A stretch of DNA of 64,000 bases from Selaginella moellendorffii (lineage: Eukaryota > Plantae > Lycopodiophyta), in contig NW_003314294.1 in NCBI RefSeq assembly GCF_000143415.4, positions 873,453 through 937,452 on the forward strand. The letters run 5' to 3'. Under the pieces are notes generated by a model. That model was not told the origin of the DNA, ran no database searches, and saw only the letters and a list, made by a program, of their open reading frames with translations. Below, in pieces: positions 46,658 to 58,904 of the stretch. The translations under genes were made by a program, and so were the position numbers. How positions within the stretch are numbered: position 1 is the first letter of the stretch; each line of letters begins with the position of its first letter.

Positions 46658-49204
46658 ATGCAAAAGCAAGAGGTTTCACAGGTTGCTAAGGCGTTGTTCC
46701 TGGAACTAATAATGCTCCTCACAGTTACTTCTGAAGGGAAGTTGTACACGATACCTGATAAATGGCGCATTTTCATGAACAACAGTCTCCCAGAATTCCA
46801 AGGCGATGGCAGATCCGGGAGTTATCGCCTGGTGAGTGCTCTTCCAAAGGATAACCCTTCTAGCCGGCCAGAATCTCTACGCAGCGACGATGAAAACTTG
46901 GGCTTAGCATTCCTCAACTTCAATGGATCAAACAAGTATTACCTGGCACTGATGTTTGGCACTCGCAACTCTTCCACAGCAGCTCCCGTCTGGATAGCCA
47001 ACCGGAACACTCCAGTGTCAGGAAATTCAATGCTCGCTAAAACAGGTGGTCGCTTACAGCTCCTGGATGCAAATGGTTCCGTGGCATGGTCTCCAAACGA
47101 AAGCGTTGCCTATATCGGCATTCAGAATTCCGGGAACTTGCAGCTCTTCGATGAATCTGAGACCCCGGTATGGAGTTCCTTTGATCGCCCATGGAGCGCA
47201 CTGATGCCAAACCAGAAGCTAGTAACTGGACAGTCAGTTGTGAGTAACAAAAACGCCTCAGACCCCAGCGAAGGCTCGTATATCGCAGAGATACAGGCCA
47301 GTGGATCAGTCGGATACATGAGCATCGGTTCCAAGAAAAAGCAGCCTTACATGTTGTGGAGCTTCGTCGGATCACAAATTGGCTCGCCCAGTGTAACCTG
47401 CCCAGGATTTCGAACTGCTCTTTCATTCACGCCAGCAGGAGAAATGAGCATGGTATACGAACCTATTCGTGTTGGTGGTAACGAACAGCCGTGTGGCTCT
47501 CCACTGTCCGGGGAAATATTCCCAGGGAACACCACAATGAGGTATTTCCAGCTTGCCGATGATGGGACCATGGTTTCATACAGGCGAGAGTTGGCAAATG
47601 GAAGCTGGGAGCTCGATAGCACGAGTCAGTTCTTTCCACCGCCAGCGCCATGCGGGAGCTATGGGCTGCTCGAGAAAGGAAAGCAGTGTCAGTGCCTGAC
47701 CAACGAAGCAAACAACTCTACTACCTCAGCACTTGGAAGTTGTGCCCAGCCAGAATGGTCTTCTCTTGCAAACTGCAGCTCCAGGTACGAGACCGACTTT
47801 GTAACACTCGCAGGTGCATCGTACTTCGCCAACACTTTCAACCCTCCCGATAGAACAGGCGCTGCAATGCAAGATTGCCTCGAGCAATGCAAATCCACTT
47901 GCTCCTGTGCGGCGTTCTTTTTCGACCAGGCGCTCCAGAATTGCTTTTTCATAGAAGACGTCCTGGGAAGCTTGACGGTAGACTCGAACAAGACTCAGCA
48001 ACTGTTCGGCTTTCTGAAGTACCAGAATTACTCCAGGTTAGTGCCTGTTGACAACTCATCGTCAGACACTCCAAAGCTCCTAGTGATCGGAATTACCTCT
48101 GGAGGAGCTGCTGTAGCCATTGTAACTTTTGCGTTGCTTTTCACGATCCTGCATCGAAGGAGGGTCATGCTCGACGAACTAAACAGTTTCCTTACCGGTG
48201 TACAAGCTTCGCCTTACAGGTTCTCGTTCAGCAGCCTATACTCTGCAACAAAAGGATTCACAAAGGTTTTAGGAAGCGGAGGTTGCGGCACAGTGTACGA
48301 AGGAATGCTTCACAACGGGATGAAGCTGGCAGTGAAGAAACTCAGCACACAGCATGGACAAAAGGAGTTTGTAACAGAAGTCTCGGCTCTGGGAAACATA
48401 AGCCACATCAACATTGTCAAACTCTATGGCTTCTGTGCCGATGCTTCACACAGGCTGCTCGTCTACGAGCTCATGCCCAATGGTTCCTTGGACAGATGGA
48501 TTTTCTCCGACAACAAGAACAAACTGGACTGGAAACTTCGACACAGCATTGCCCTCGACACTGCTCGAGGACTGGCCTACTTGCACGAGGAATCCAGAGA
48601 CTCGATCATCCACTTGGATATCAAGCCACAAAACATCCTCCTGGGTGACAAGTTTGAGGCCAAAGTCGCAGACTTTGGCATGGCGAAGCTACTCATGGAC
48701 AGAGATCAAAATGGAGTGGTCACTGGAGTGAGAGGAACTCCAGGATATCTAGCTCCAGAGTGGCTGCTACACTCAACAGCGACCAAGAAATGCGACGTCT
48801 ACAGCTATGGAATGGTGCTCCTGGAGCTCATTGGCGGCAGGAAAAATCTAGACTGCTCCAAGATGGAGTCGCCACTGAGCTGGTACTTCCCAGCCTGGGC
48901 CATGAGCGAAATCCGGAAAGGGAACACGATGCAAGTGGTGGATCCGAGCGTCAAGGACTCGGCAGACACAAGGCAGGCAAAGAATATGATCCACATCGCA
49001 TTCTGGTGCACGCAAGATGATCCAGCAGCTAGACCGACAATGGATGCAGTAGTGCGAATGCTGGAGAGCGAGGAGGAGATCGAGGAGCCGCCGCTTACCT
49101 TCCAGTTCGATGTCCAAGCGCCTGGAATCCTCACCATCACCTCCAGCGGCGACATCGCGACATTCACATACATCACCAAAAACCCTTTAGCCCATGAGCC
49201 CTAA
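46658..49204 (+). CDS. G-type lectin S-domain receptor-like Ser/Thr kinase (SD-2 type), intronless
   Basis: VWIANRNTPV, WSSFDRP, PAN CKSTCSC, transmembrane helix, GSGGCGTVY, HLDIKPQNILL, DFG and GTPGYLAPEW. Confidence 0.96.
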   Translation: MQKQEVSQVAKALFLELIMLLTVTSEGKLYTIPDKWRIFMNNSLPEFQGDGRSGSYRLVSALPKDNPSSRPESLRSDDENLGLAFLNFNGSNKYYLALMFGTRNSSTAAPVWIANRNTPVSGNSMLAKTGGRLQLLDANGSVAWSPNESVAYIGIQNSGNLQLFDESETPVWSSFDRPWSALMPNQKLVTGQSVVSNKNASDPSEGSYIAEIQASGSVGYMSIGSKKKQPYMLWSFVGSQIGSPSVTCPGFRTALSFTPAGEMSMVYEPIRVGGNEQPCGSPLSGEIFPGNTTMRYFQLADDGTMVSYRRELANGSWELDSTSQFFPPPAPCGSYGLLEKGKQCQCLTNEANNSTTSALGSCAQPEWSSLANCSSRYETDFVTLAGASYFANTFNPPDRTGAAMQDCLEQCKSTCSCAAFFFDQALQNCFFIEDVLGSLTVDSNKTQQLFGFLKYQNYSRLVPVDNSSSDTPKLLVIGITSGGAAVAIVTFALLFTILHRRRVMLDELNSFLTGVQASPYRFSFSSLYSATKGFTKVLGSGGCGTVYEGMLHNGMKLAVKKLSTQHGQKEFVTEVSALGNISHINIVKLYGFCADASHRLLVYELMPNGSLDRWIFSDNKNKLDWKLRHSIALDTARGLAYLHEESRDSIIHLDIKPQNILLGDKFEAKVADFGMAKLLMDRDQNGVVTGVRGTPGYLAPEWLLHSTATKKCDVYSYGMVLLELIGGRKNLDCSKMESPLSWYFPAWAMSEIRKGNTMQVVDPSVKDSADTRQAKNMIHIAFWCTQDDPAARPTMDAVVRMLESEEEIEEPPLTFQFDVQAPGILTITSSGDIATFTYITKNPLAHEP

Positions 49205-49723
49205 AATTCAAATACCAATTAAATTACTAATTGAGTTTTTGCATCTTTTACTAAGGAAATTAGTCATGACAGAAAAAGCGTCTAAGTGCAAGTTGCCTTT
49301 GCTGGTTTTTTTTTCCAATCGTCATTCCAGTCTTGAAAAGAACCTCCAAATCTGATTAAAAAAAAACTAGGAGAAAAAAAAAATACTTTTGTGCATAATT
49401 CTTACTTGAGAACGTTCCGAATTTAACAGATACATTAGTGAACCAGCTCGCACAATTTCTCCTGGGATCGCTCGGCTTGTTGGCATGCACCACAGCTCCA
49501 AACTTGTCTCCAACCAAATAAGCTTTCCGCAAAAAGTCTCTTTCATGTCAAGCTCAAGTTCTGGGAATCAAAAACAACAATCCATTTGCCCACGGTCAGA
49601 AAGGTAAGGTTTCCATGACCTAGCATTGTACAGTACATAGCTGTTGTTCTTTATTACATGCTTGGGTTTGGCAAACTAGTTCCATTCTTCACCACCTTTC
49701 CTGTCCAAGACTAAGACCACAAG

Positions 49724-52560
49724 TGATAATGATCTGAGGAGACGCTAATAAGAGAGAAAACAGGGTACCAGCGTCTGACCTAGCTACCCCGTAAGCCACT
49801 AGGACTAACACTCCCACTCTGGCGCAGTAACTCAGACTCACTCTCTCATGAGCGAGTGCGCAATAGCTGCGCCAGCACCTCACGACCGCTCCTGTTTCTC
49901 CTGCAACTGTAAACGGTTGCAATTGAGAGCAAATTTATCCTGTGGAAGAGACTTGGTCAGCATATCAGCAAGCTGCTCGGTGGTAGAGCAAAATTGGAGG
50001 ACAATAATGCCCGCTGGACCTGCTCTCGGACATAGTGATAACGGAGCTGAATGTGCTTAGCTCTGTCATGAAACTTTGATGTAGCTGAAAGAGCAATTGC
50101 GCTAATGTTGTCACAAAACAACATCGTGGGCTGAACAAGAAAATGTCCAAGCTCTGTGAGCAATAAGCGAATCCAGACAGCCTCTTTGCACGCTCAGCAC
50201 GCAGAAATAGACGACAGAGTTGTGATGCTCTGTTTCTTGCTCCTCTAAGTCAAAGTTGAGGCACCGAGAAGGCGGATGTAGATTTGCGGGTGTCTTTGTC
50301 ACCAGCCCAATCTGAGTCGAGGCACCGAGAATAAAAACGTAGGCGGATGTAGATTTGCGGGTGTCTTTGCCTGCAGCGCCATCTGAGTCGCAGTAGCCGC
50401 GCAAGTGGAATTGCTCATCTGGGACACGAGAATATGTAAGCGCCAAGAATTTCGCCACGACTCCCACTGCATGCGCTAAATCTGGGCCGGTACAAATAAC
50501 AAGATAAATCAGACTACCAACAGCTGCACGATACGGAATCCTCTCCATGGAATTGCTCTCAGCTTCAGTGGTTGGTGACTGAGTTTTAGAAAGCTGAAGA
50601 GTAAGCTCCATAGGTGTGGAAACTGGAGTACTGTCGTGCATATTAAAGCATTTGAGAATTTCGTCCACATAGCGCTGCTGAGAAAGATGAATAGTTCCAC
50701 GGGACCGGTCTCGAATAATATTAAGACCAAGACAAAACTTAATATCTCCAAGATCGTCCTTCTCAAATTGAGACAAGAGCTGCTCTTTGATCTTATGTAG
50801 AAAAGAAAGACAATTTGCTAGTAAGATCAAATCGTCGACATATAACGCAATAAGGACCATCATCTTTTCAACATGTTTCTGGTACACGTTCTGATCAGCA
50901 GCATTTCTTGAAAACCAATAGAAATGAGAAATTTGTCCATTTTGTCGAACCAAGCTTTAGGAGACTGTTTAAGACCATATAAAGCTTTCTTGACCACCCC
51001 GGGCTCCCTCTGGTTGCTGGATGAAAATTTCTTCAGTAAGATCTCCATGTAAAAATGCTGTACGAACATCCATTTGATGCACCTCGAGATCCTAAAGCTA
51101 GCAAAACTCGAATAGAGGCCATGCGAAATAGCCATTTTGTTGAGACCACCTGGCGGTCAGCTGGCTTTGAAACGAGCGTCCAGGTGTCGTTCTTTTGAAG
51201 CGAGAGATACTCAGAATCCATAGCAGCTCGCCACTCCACAGCATGAGGACCTGTGAGCGCTTCAGTCACCGTTCTTGGCTCAGGACCATCTTTAGAACCA
51301 ACTTGACCGCGACCTGAAAAAGTGTTGACTCTCGGCAGCATCCTGAGCTCGTTGAGATGGAAAAAGTGGCCGGCCAGAACGAGAATAGCCGACAGGGTCA
51401 CACTGAGAACGAGGCCGCTCAACGGGACGAGATCTAGCTCTGGTAACTCAGGTGGCGGTAAGGTGGGGTTGATGTTTGCTCCGGCGGATGAAGAGGCGGT
51501 GGAGGATTGAGTGGTGGAGGAGGAGGTTGTTGAGCTGCTGGTGGAGCTCCCCTGAAGCTGGAAGCACCGGAACTTCTTCCACAAGTCGCCAAGTTGAAGG
51601 AGTTGGAGTGGAAAAAACCTTCACATCACGTGCTGGGAAAAACTGCCAGTCTAAGAAGGACAAAATTCTGTATGCCTTTTGTGTCCTCGCCATAACCAAC
51701 AAACACACCCTTGATACTGCGAGAGGCAATCGAGCAAGGTTCTTGGCATAAACTAAGCAACCGAATACTCCAAGGTGTGCAACGGATGGCTTCTTTCCAG
51801 TCCATAATTCTTCTGGAGTGATATTAGAAAGAGTAGATGTTGGAAGACGATTGCGAAGATAAGCAGCGGTAACAATAGCCTCTCCCCAAAAAGATTCTGG
51901 ACAACCAGCGCCAAGGAGCATTGCACGAGTAGACTCGACCAACGTGCGGTTCATGCGTTCTGCTGCTCCTTTCTGCTGTGGCGTCCCTGGAACGGTGAAT
52001 TGCTGAACAATTCCACAATAGTTTTGAAATTTCTTGGAAACATACTCACCGCCATTATCAGACCTCAGGATTTTGAGGGATTTGCCAGTCTGCTTCTCTG
52101 CTCGAGACCGAAAATCCACGAAGAGGGAAAACACTTCCCTTTTACGAGACATAACTCTCACTTCCACTCGCCTGGAATAATCGTCTATAAATGTGACAAA
52201 ATATGTGTTGCCACCAAGAGAAGCAATTGCCATAGAACCAACATCAGAGTGAACTAGTCCAAGGAGATCAGCTGCTCGTTCATGAGAATTCTTCGGAAAT
52301 GGTGCACGATGAAGCTTGCCTTGAATACACGGCTCGCAAAAATCCAAAGGCTCCACTATATCCAGGTCACAAGCTGCAACAAGCTGCTTCTTAACAAGTT
52401 TCTCAAGAGCTTGCTGATGCACATGGCCAAAGCGTCAATTCCTTGGCCATAAATATACGAGGAGGAGGCACTAAAATAGCATCAAGCTTGTAAATATCAG
52501 CATACCTGCTACCGTGCATTGCCTCGACCCCATCAAGAGAAAAAATAATGCCTCGTTGAT
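49724..52560 (-). mobile_element. Ty1/copia retrotransposon remnant (integrase-RT-RNaseH, frameshifted) with putative 3' LTR start at 49810
   Basis: Integrase CEPCIQGK, LVHSDV, LRSDNGGEY, AERMNRTL; RT KALYGLKQSP, LYVDDL; RNaseH GYCDSD, DNISAI, RAKHI, EQLADMLTK. PPT-like AGAGTGGGAG followed by TGTTAG on the minus strand. Confidence 0.92.
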
Positions 52561-52589
52561 CTCCAGAAAATTGACTAATAATCAGACTA

Positions 52590-53096
52590 CAGAGTGGGAG
52601 TAGGCTTCTGCCACGTGGCACAGGGTAGTTAGGTCAGTCGCTGGTGGCCACGGCCATCCTGTTTTCTCTCTTATTAGCGTCTCCTCAGATCATTATCATC
52701 AGATTGTAGATCCTGATGGTTCACCATGCTAGGAGAGACTTGTGCTTTCTGATCAACAACTGCCGACTACACAGAGTACGGCAGAACATGGCAAGCAGTA
52801 GTACTGTTGCCAGTGTATTGGAGTAGCGTTTAATCCCTTTGTACAAGGGAGATTTTGCAAATTGGGCTGCCCTCATGAAAGTTGTGTGATAATTGCGATG
52901 GGATTGTTTTAGGCAAAGAATTTGAACCAGCCCAAGGTGCTCCTGAATTAACAGACTGGAAGTGAGCCTTATCTACAATGGTTATTGGTCTAGGCAAGTA
53001 GTACATTCATCTTCTTGATCTTGATAATAATGCTCCCACAAATTGGGCCAATCTAACCCAGTTTCTTGGTGCTCAAACGGTTGAACATGTGGTCAT
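52590..53096 (+). mobile_element. Copia LTR-like segment plus degenerate gag start, opposite in orientation to the adjacent pol
   Basis: 52658-52698 is a perfect 41-bp inverted copy of 49724-49764. From ATG 52788 the sequence reads MASSS...YKGDFANWAALMKVV (gag-like F.xW..xMK motif) and is cut by the LTR at 53097. Confidence 0.6.
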
Positions 53097-54848
53097 TATA
53101 AATGACTAATTTTTCCATTCTACTTTAGTCATTTAATCGCACCTCCAACCACTTAGAGGAGTTTCATTCACAACCTTCATAAATCCCATTCAAGACTTGG
53201 GGCTTGCTAGCCCTGAAAAAAGCATCCCTGCCACTCAACCTTTGCACTTGGTCCAAGTGCTCTACGTGTCCAATCCCATGACCGACACCCCAAGATACCA
53301 CTGACCTCTCAACCCATTACGCTAAGGCCATGCCCATTTAAATTAGTCACACTAGTGGTCCAACACCACTTGCATCGCAGTTCCGTCTCTCAAGACTAGG
53401 CCATCCATCCATGAGTGATCATCCCAGATCCACTCCTTAGCATCCTTAGGATGCCCCCAGATATGAGGAATAGCCTTCCCCAATATCTCTTTTCCAATCC
53501 CCACCAAGTCCCTTTTTGTCCATAGCTGTGTTTGCCAACACTGTCATTGGATCAAGGCCCACAGGCCCGACCTCTAAGTCCCACTATCCTTTGGGACTTC
53601 CTCACCATGTGACTGTATCCTTGGTCATTGCACTAGAGGATTGCTCTTCTTCCTTTTCACCGTATGAGATTTTGGGACAACATTTCGGAACACCATGGCC
53701 TTACGCGAGCCTCATGGGTACTCTCCCCACCTTCTGCCTTTTGGTGCTCTAGCCATGGGCTTAGAGCGAGGTTCCGTTGAGCCACGCCAGGTATCCAAGT
53801 AGGTAGTGCCACCCACACTTGGACTAGAAGCATCGACCATTCGATCTCCCGGGGGAACTAGAGCTGGCTCTTGAATACTTCACCAAGCTACCCCACTTGT
53901 CGGTCCATATTCACTCTAGTCTTAGACTTCCCAGTGGTCAGCTCATCACCCAACACTTGGGTACAGCTTTCCTGGGCCAAACTAGCCTTTCTTGGCCAAA
54001 CTGGCTCCACTGCAGTCCTCCCCCTTACTATACTTTTGGAGCTCACCAAACCCCCTAGGGTCTGGGACACAAACGCTTTGGGCTTTCACCCTCTCAAACT
54101 CGAACTCGGACTCGGACTTGGGCTCAATCTTGGCCTTGGCCTTGGTCTCGGTCTCAGTCCCGGTCCCGGTCTCGGTCTCGGTCCCAGTCTCGGTCTCGAT
54201 CTCAGTCCTGGTCTCAGTCTCGATCTCGACTTCGGACTCCATCTTGGGTCCTTCTCGGACTCCATCTTGGGTCCATCTTGGACTCCATCTCGGACTCCAT
54301 CTCGGGTCCATCTCGGGTCCATCTTAGACTCCATCTTGGGTCCATCTCAGGTCCATCTCGGACTCCACCTCGGGTCCACCTCAGACTCCACCTCGGGTCC
54401 ACCTCGGACTCCACGGACTCCATCTCGGACTCCATCTCGGACTCCATCTCGGGTCCATCTCGGGTCCACCTCGGACTCCACCTCAGACTCTATCTCAGAC
54501 TCCACCTCGGACTCTATCTCGGACTCCATCTCAGGTCCATCTCGGGTCCACCTTGGACTCCATCTCGGACTCCATCTCGGGTCCATCTCAGACTCCGTCT
54601 CAGATCCATCTCGGACACTTCCACGTGTCATGTGTCGATCCTATTGTGTTCCTTTTCTAGAGACTCACTTATCTCTCACTTCGTGCTTGTTCGTTGAGCA
54701 CTTCGTTAGGAGTTCCACTCCTGCTCTCGACCTTTATAGTCGGAGCTTTTAGTCCAAATGTGTTACGCTTGTTTGGTTTTCGCTTCGGCCACTACTACCT
54801 AGCACCCTTCTGGTTTCACTTTGAGGCCTAGGGATTTTGTGTCTCACA
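53097..54848 (-). repeat. 3' LTR (1752 bp)
   Basis: Near-identical to 58905-60646; ends GTGTCTCACA on the + strand. Confidence 0.93.
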
Positions 54849-57800
54849 ACTCCACCACCCATAAACAAAGTTCGATGTCCTCATCAAATGATAAACCCTT
54901 TTATAAAGTAACACCCACACGTATTACCATTTTCATCCTTGGCACCCATTCAATATTTGTCTATGGTTTGACATTGAAGGCTCACCATGCCTTGTCCATC
55001 CTCTAAGGAGCATAGTCTCTCCAATATAAAGACTTATTCGACCACCTAGGGTGGTTTGCTCCCTTTTATTGGTTCAGTTCCCGCTAAACCCGTTAGAGAA
55101 ATCTTCTCTAACTCAATTCCACTACTCATTCTCGAGTAGTCTCAGATTCCATCGACATAACCTTTGCATTTTGGAACTTTTAATTTTGACTTTTCAGAGT
55201 CAATTTCCTAGATGTCTCTAACACCTTACATTGCACATGGTGCAACTCCACTTCCCCATCCTAGGAAGTTCCTTACTTGAGAGCACCATCATCCTCTCTT
55301 CGATATCGTGCCACATTTGGCACTAAGTTCCAGTTATCGTAATTTGTGCTAGGGCTGTCCATTGCCCTATCATTTTGCTACTTTACCACTCCTTCCCTTG
55401 GAGCTTCCATTTTTGCCAAATCGGAGCAATTGGGAACCTATCTTTGGAAACACATTACCTTCCCATATTCCATTAGCGTCCAATACATTAGTGTTCCTGG
55501 ATTAACTTTGCCATTTGGCTTCTATCCCATGATTCCCATGGCCCTTTTTTTAGCCACTAGATTTTTGCTCCTATATTTGATTGTTGCACCAAGCAACACA
55601 TGATCGCCACCTCCATTCTCGAAGTATCCTTTCAATTCCATAGCAAAGACTTTGCTTTGCCAAGTCCAGAGGGTGTTCACCCTTAGTACGTCTTTTTAGC
55701 ATTTTCTGTTGTGGGCTCTATCACAGGCCAACTTGAGACCCCCCCATGGATCTTTTATAAAGACTACTTTCCTCGGACTTATTATGCCATCGCATTGACA
55801 TAGCTCATTTCCCTTAGGTGTTCTTCCCACTTGGTCATCTTGACCAAGCCACACCATCATCAATAGTTCCAATCAACACTTTATACTTGGAACTTTATCT
55901 CTTAACCTCACAAAGACTTTGTCCTTGTTTTAGCCATAAGATCACATAGTGATCTAACCTTGGCATTTTAATAAGTTTGCCAATAGATACTAGGTCTTCC
56001 AAACCTTTAAATTGTTCACCATGACCCCAAGAGCATCCCCCACATTTGGTGGTGCACCCAAGCTAGCCCTTCCGGCCAAGGGTCCATAGCAACTGAGACT
56101 GGGTGTCCCCATCTCATTCACCATGTCCTTGGTGCCCTTCGCACCAAAGTGTTCAAGTTAGATATGCTGAACCACACTAAGCAATCTAATCGTACATCAC
56201 GACTCTGGGGCATCCCCCACTTGGCGATATGCCCAAACTAATCTCCTTACTAAGAATCCATGACCACCGAAAAATGAGTGTCCTCATATTCCAAACTATC
56301 ACCTCACCCTAGTGAGTTGGGACTTGAACCCAAGCACTAGAGGGTCAGGACTCAAACCCAACCTCCATATATGCATCTACGGATGGCATCACACAGGATG
56401 CCTAGCGTGACTCCCCACGCCGGTGCACCAACTTATATTTAAAGCGCACTACAGATCACTGCTTAAGAACCTAGTTCCTCTGCACTGCCAAGTCTTCTCA
56501 CTTGACAAGTCTGTGATCATGCATGGACTCCTTTATGCTTGGCCCCATGGGCCACCCCTTTGAAGTTGGCTCCTTCAACTAGAGCATTCGTTCCCCTGAC
56601 CTGCCAATCTCACTTAGTAAGTCATCCAACCACTGTAACATAGTTCATGCATAAGCGTGAAAGTCCTTAACCATTGATTTTCGTTCAAAGCCCTCTCTTT
56701 GAACACTCGGGAACTACTTCCTTAACCTTGATAGCCTCGCCTTTTGGCAAGCTTTAAGACCACACTTCTGCTACGCCACTCTGATTTCGCACGCTCTATA
56801 AACCATTTACACTTGGATGTCTAAGTACTTATCTACCTAGAGGAATGTTCAAGGAACTCTGTTCCTTAGCTTGTTAAGGTCTCTCTATTTGTAAAATTTC
56901 CAATTGCCATATAATCTAACATGGACAATTCCATGTTTTAGACTCTCCATGGCATCATAGTCGCTAGTAACAACATGCTTAAGCACCCACTTGATTTTCC
57001 ACTCCTAACTTGTATAACCACCCTTGGTCATGCCTGCCAACTCTTATAGTTCGGTTCTATCTTTTTACTATTTGCCTTTTGGCCTACTTATATACATTCC
57101 CTTTGGTTATTCTTCTTTAGATTAGGAAGATAGCTTTGCACTTTGTACCATGTATTGGCAAGTATCCATAGAGATGAACCTACTTGACAACCTAGGGAGT
57201 GGCTCTTCAATCCAGGTTTGCTCACCTTATAATCCCACACACTGGGATTACCATTGCTACTTAGGGGCGTTTATATACCCATCACTAGCCTTGCCAAAAT
57301 CCCTTTTTGGCTTTGTCCAATTTGGGTAGACAGACTTCTTCTGTCTCCGCAACCTTGGACATTTGGATAGCACCTCCTATCCATCATTCGTTAGGGACTT
57401 TATCCTTTAGGCATTATCCATTGCCTTCACGACACCAAATACCCCCTCTTGGTGTTCTAGAGTGCTTGGGTGTCCCAATGATAACCTCTTTGGCAATGAG
57501 CATTCCCTTTACGACATTGATTTACTATATCGCAACATAAGCAATTTATCCCCCATAAGGGTATATTTAACTTTCTTATCCCAATAAAAAGTCTTAGGTA
57601 GTTACCTTCTACCAGTTTAACCAATTATTTTACACCTTTTGCTTAGTTACTTTGTAGTTGTCAAGTCCTACAACTCATTGTTAGTGCTTCCACACTTCCA
57701 TCATTATTTGGGTCACCACACTCCAATCGCATGCCTTCCAGCTTAGGCTATGTCATTCCCATTTCCATTAGGATTCCTTTGGGAAAGGGTTTTCATGAAC

Positions 57801-58890
57801 CCACCAACTTGACCTCAAGGCATCATGTCTTAGCACATTCAGTGTCTCCACACCATCGGCTTTATAAGCCTACATTTACAACACTTCTTATTTATGTCTT
57901 GGTCTTTTACCAAGACCAATATAATTGTCTCTTATGCCAACTATCCATTAGCACTACACCATAGAGTTCATGCACAACTTTGTGTCAAAGTTGTTTTCTT
58001 TCGAGAAACTCTTTCCCATGACTTTTGCATGGCACCTTCTGCCACTAATAAAATAAACACTATTCTCATACTTAGATCTTAAGATCCTCCCCATCCTTCA
58101 TGGGGCACCACACACCTTAGTGTAAATGCTTTTACCAATCCTTTAAGATCATCCCTTGACTCTACTCGAGTCATATAGCATTTTTGGACTTTGCCAATCC
58201 AATGACCCATAAGGTTTTATTTTTGAGGTGACAGCACACTGGAATACAACTTCGTGTATTCATGTCCTACTCATAAGGACCATCTTTGCAAGTGTCATTC
58301 TAACACTTTATTATTTTCTATTCTCTGTGGGCTATCTTTGCCCTTTAGGACTATCCGTCCATATGATGAGAATATCGACTCATCCTTTGAGCACACCCCC
58401 AACTTCTTGGGTTTATTCCAGCATTTATAAAAGGTAATATCAGCTACCACTTCAAGGACTTGTGTCCTCATCCATACTTAACCTCTCACGGTCATCCATT
58501 CCGGTCTCACCTTTATGAGCACCAGCCTCAACTATGTGAGGATAATTTTGTGACTCCTTTATTGTTTTGGAGTTTCTATCTTTCCTGTGATCCCAACTGT
58601 AATTATTTACCACAACTACATTAGCCAATTTGTTACGTCAAATGCTCATCTAGATCACATCCTCAACTCCCTGAAGAAACCCTTATACTATTCCTAAAAT
58701 CCCAAAGTCGTTCCATTATTAGCCCTTTTCTATCTACCGCCTCACCTACAAGTTCACACATGAATTGTAGTGGAGAGCCATGTCTTCCTGACATGCTACT
58801 CCTCAAGGATAGGCCCACTCCTAAGACCTTCCGATGCCAACACTAGCGGTGATATACTTGAGCACCAATAAAAGTCAGACTAAGGAACAA

Positions 58891-58901
58891 CTCCGATACC
58901 A
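58891..58901 (-). promoter_or_regulatory. Primer binding site complementary to tRNA-iMet
   Basis: Minus strand TGGTATCGGAG, 3 nt from the LTR end, versus the consensus TGGTATCAGAG. Confidence 0.85.
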
Positions 58902-58904
58902 AAT

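Noticed and set aside
50258-50392. ~70-bp tandem duplication in the copia RNaseH region
   Set aside because: Ordinary post-insertion decay.
54230-54615. CRISPR-like appearance of the regular short repeats
   Set aside because: Contiguous 11-12-bp units with no unique spacers, no cas genes and a eukaryotic context.
53871-54752. 293-aa ORF and overlapping ORFs, plus their copies at 59705-60550
   Set aside because: Translations of the same LTR minisatellite with no domain content.
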